Shown here: positions 62,752-64,000 of the stretch, one piece after another
Position numbering within the stretch: position 1 is the stretch's first letter
Layout of the letters: every line of letters begins with the position of its first letter
Sequence record: PQ850594.1
DNA length: 64,000 nt
Source of the DNA: Escherichia phage AnnaHegner_Bas87
Strand: one strand, 5' to 3'
Translations under genes and position numbers: made by a program
Notes under the pieces: generated by a model
Databases searched by the model: none
What the model saw: only the letters and a program-made list of their open reading frames with translations
What the model was told of the DNA's origin: nothing

Positions 62752-63397
62752 TATGACAGGAACTAATACACTGAATGCAATCTATGAGAACATGGGATGT
62801 AAAGGCGAGGTTGTTTATAATGGTGGTCTCCGTCCTTTATCAGAGGACACTTTCTATCTGAATCGTGTTCATGAAACTACTGGAGGTAAATCCCGAGTTG
62901 AGATGGTAAAACAACTGGCTCATGGTTCTGTGTATGGTTATGCTCCTTCAACCCGTGAATTATGGGAAGGTTTGATTTCTCATACAGAAGCTAAGGATGT
63001 GAAAGATTATTTCACTGTAGCGAAAGAGGTTAAACGTAAACTTCCTTCCAGTTTAGAAGTTGTTCCGTATGTATCCGACAAACATGCACACCTACCGGAC
63101 TATGCCCGTGAGATGATTGAGATGATAGAAGAGGCTGAGTATGAAGCTCTGAATAACTATCTCAACTCGAAAGATCAATGGTCACGTAATGTAGTAATTG
63201 ATGAAGAAGGTAATGAAGTTGTAACGTGGGTGCATGTTAGTGAACAAGCTCTGGACCCCGAGCTTGAAGAATACAAAAAATTTTTGGCGTCCTCTTCTTT
63301 TGATGTAGAGAATGACAAATCTGTTCCAGTTAGCTGGGAAGGTGAAACTGTAGCTCTCCAGACTTTGTTCAACCTACACGTAGGTGATGTAGACTAA
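62744..63397 (+). CDS. hypothetical protein
   Basis: start moved to ATG with AAGGAG RBS at 6 nt spacing; overlaps upstream stop. Confidence 0.4.
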   Translation: MNNMTGTNTLNAIYENMGCKGEVVYNGGLRPLSEDTFYLNRVHETTGGKSRVEMVKQLAHGSVYGYAPSTRELWEGLISHTEAKDVKDYFTVAKEVKRKLPSSLEVVPYVSDKHAHLPDYAREMIEMIEEAEYEALNNYLNSKDQWSRNVVIDEEGNEVVTWVHVSEQALDPELEEYKKFLASSSFDVENDKSVPVSWEGETVALQTLFNLHVGDVD

Positions 63398-63408
63398 TAA
63401 AAGGTGTT

Positions 63409-63433
63409 GCCTCCTCTCGTGGGAGGCTTTTTG
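63409..63433 (+). terminator. rho-independent terminator
   Basis: GCCTCC-7 nt loop-GGAGGC followed by TTTTTGTT. Confidence 0.6.
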
Positions 63434-63462
63434 TTATAACGATAATGTAGAAGGAGTATAAG

Positions 63463-63933
63463 ATGTTTGGAGAAAAAGGAGAACTCACGCCTGCACAGGT
63501 AGCTGAGATTACAGGAAGACTGCCCGGAGTAACGGAAGAACTTGAATCCAAGGGCATGGAACCAAGCACAGGGAAGTTCACTAAAGGTAATAAATTTGGA
63601 CGTCCCAAAGGTAGTAGAGGTAAATTGACACAGCTCATGCTCGATCGTGTTGCTGCTAGTCATCTGTCTCCCGATGAAGTGTTGATTCAGATTTATGAAG
63701 ATCCAAGTATTCCACCCGATCTTAGATTCAAGGCTGCAAGTAAAGTCGCTGATCTGGTATATCCTAAGGCAGCTTCTGTTGAGGTTAAGATTGAGGAAGA
63801 GAATGTAATCAATGAAGAATCACTGAACGCACAGATTCGAGACTTCTTGACTGGTGCACTGAAAGTGGATGTGCTACCTCCAGAGGACTCTGAGGACGCT
63901 GAAAAGGAGGAGGAGGAAGCGGACGAGAGTTAA
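63463..63933 (+). CDS. putative DNA-binding protein, possible small terminase subunit
   Basis: GGAG RBS; basic KGNKFGRPKGSRGK patch and acidic C-terminal tail; position ahead of the missing packaging genes; weak. Confidence 0.3.
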   Translation: MFGEKGELTPAQVAEITGRLPGVTEELESKGMEPSTGKFTKGNKFGRPKGSRGKLTQLMLDRVAASHLSPDEVLIQIYEDPSIPPDLRFKAASKVADLVYPKAASVEVKIEEENVINEESLNAQIRDFLTGALKVDVLPPEDSEDAEKEEEEADES

Positions 63934-64000
63934 TAGGAATAAAGGGGGAGGGTTCTTTTCGCGAGGGATCTCTCCCTTTCTTATTTTATTGGAGGAATAT

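Noticed and set aside
63440-63452. TAATGTAGA as a promoter for the 63463 gene
   Set aside because: One mismatch to the motif and only about 12 nt from the start codon, overlapping the RBS.
1-64000. Integrase, repressor or other lysogeny module
   Set aside because: No tyrosine or serine recombinase motifs or CI-like repressor recognised in any frame; the window looks like a virulent phage.

Overview
This 64 kb window reads as most of a virulent tailed-phage genome, not a bacterial chromosome. It has T7-like replication proteins (primase-helicase, 5'-3' exonuclease, a family A DNA polymerase split into separate exonuclease and polymerase genes, and a possible SSB) but a sigma-70-family sigma factor gene rather than a phage RNA polymerase, and several copies of a TAATGTATA promoter-like motif. 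From memory this matches the phiEco32-like (Kuravirus) coliphages; that identification is inference, not a database result. Layout: 1-15737 is a plus-strand late block (endolysin, tail fibres, SLT transglycosylase, N/Q-rich and giant internal virion proteins). 15843-61238 is a long minus-strand block with replication and nucleotide-metabolism genes (PhoH, ThyX-like, dCTP deaminase, thioredoxin, Dps-like), three HNH endonucleases, spanins, a tRNA-Arg(UCU) and many small early genes. 57559-59438 is an ORF-free, repeat-rich segment with tandem host-type promoters; 61260-62480 is an ATGGGTA-type iteron field; plus-strand genes resume at 62185. The most interesting content is a co-oriented enzyme cluster at 38014-47467 (gamma-glutamyl-cyclotransferase-like, ATP-grasp ligase, class II glutamine-amidotransferase/Ntn-hydrolase-like protein, two glutamine-synthetase-like amidoligase candidates, several unknowns) that looks like an uncharacterised peptide or metabolite amide-ligation system. 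Other notable items are a DUF2829/Tad2-like anti-defence candidate, an HNH endonuclease inserted into a spanin gene overlap with a duplicated junction, and several small-protein paralog families. All functional calls rest on motif reading of the translations; no searches were run, and small-motif coordinates may be off by 1-2 nt.
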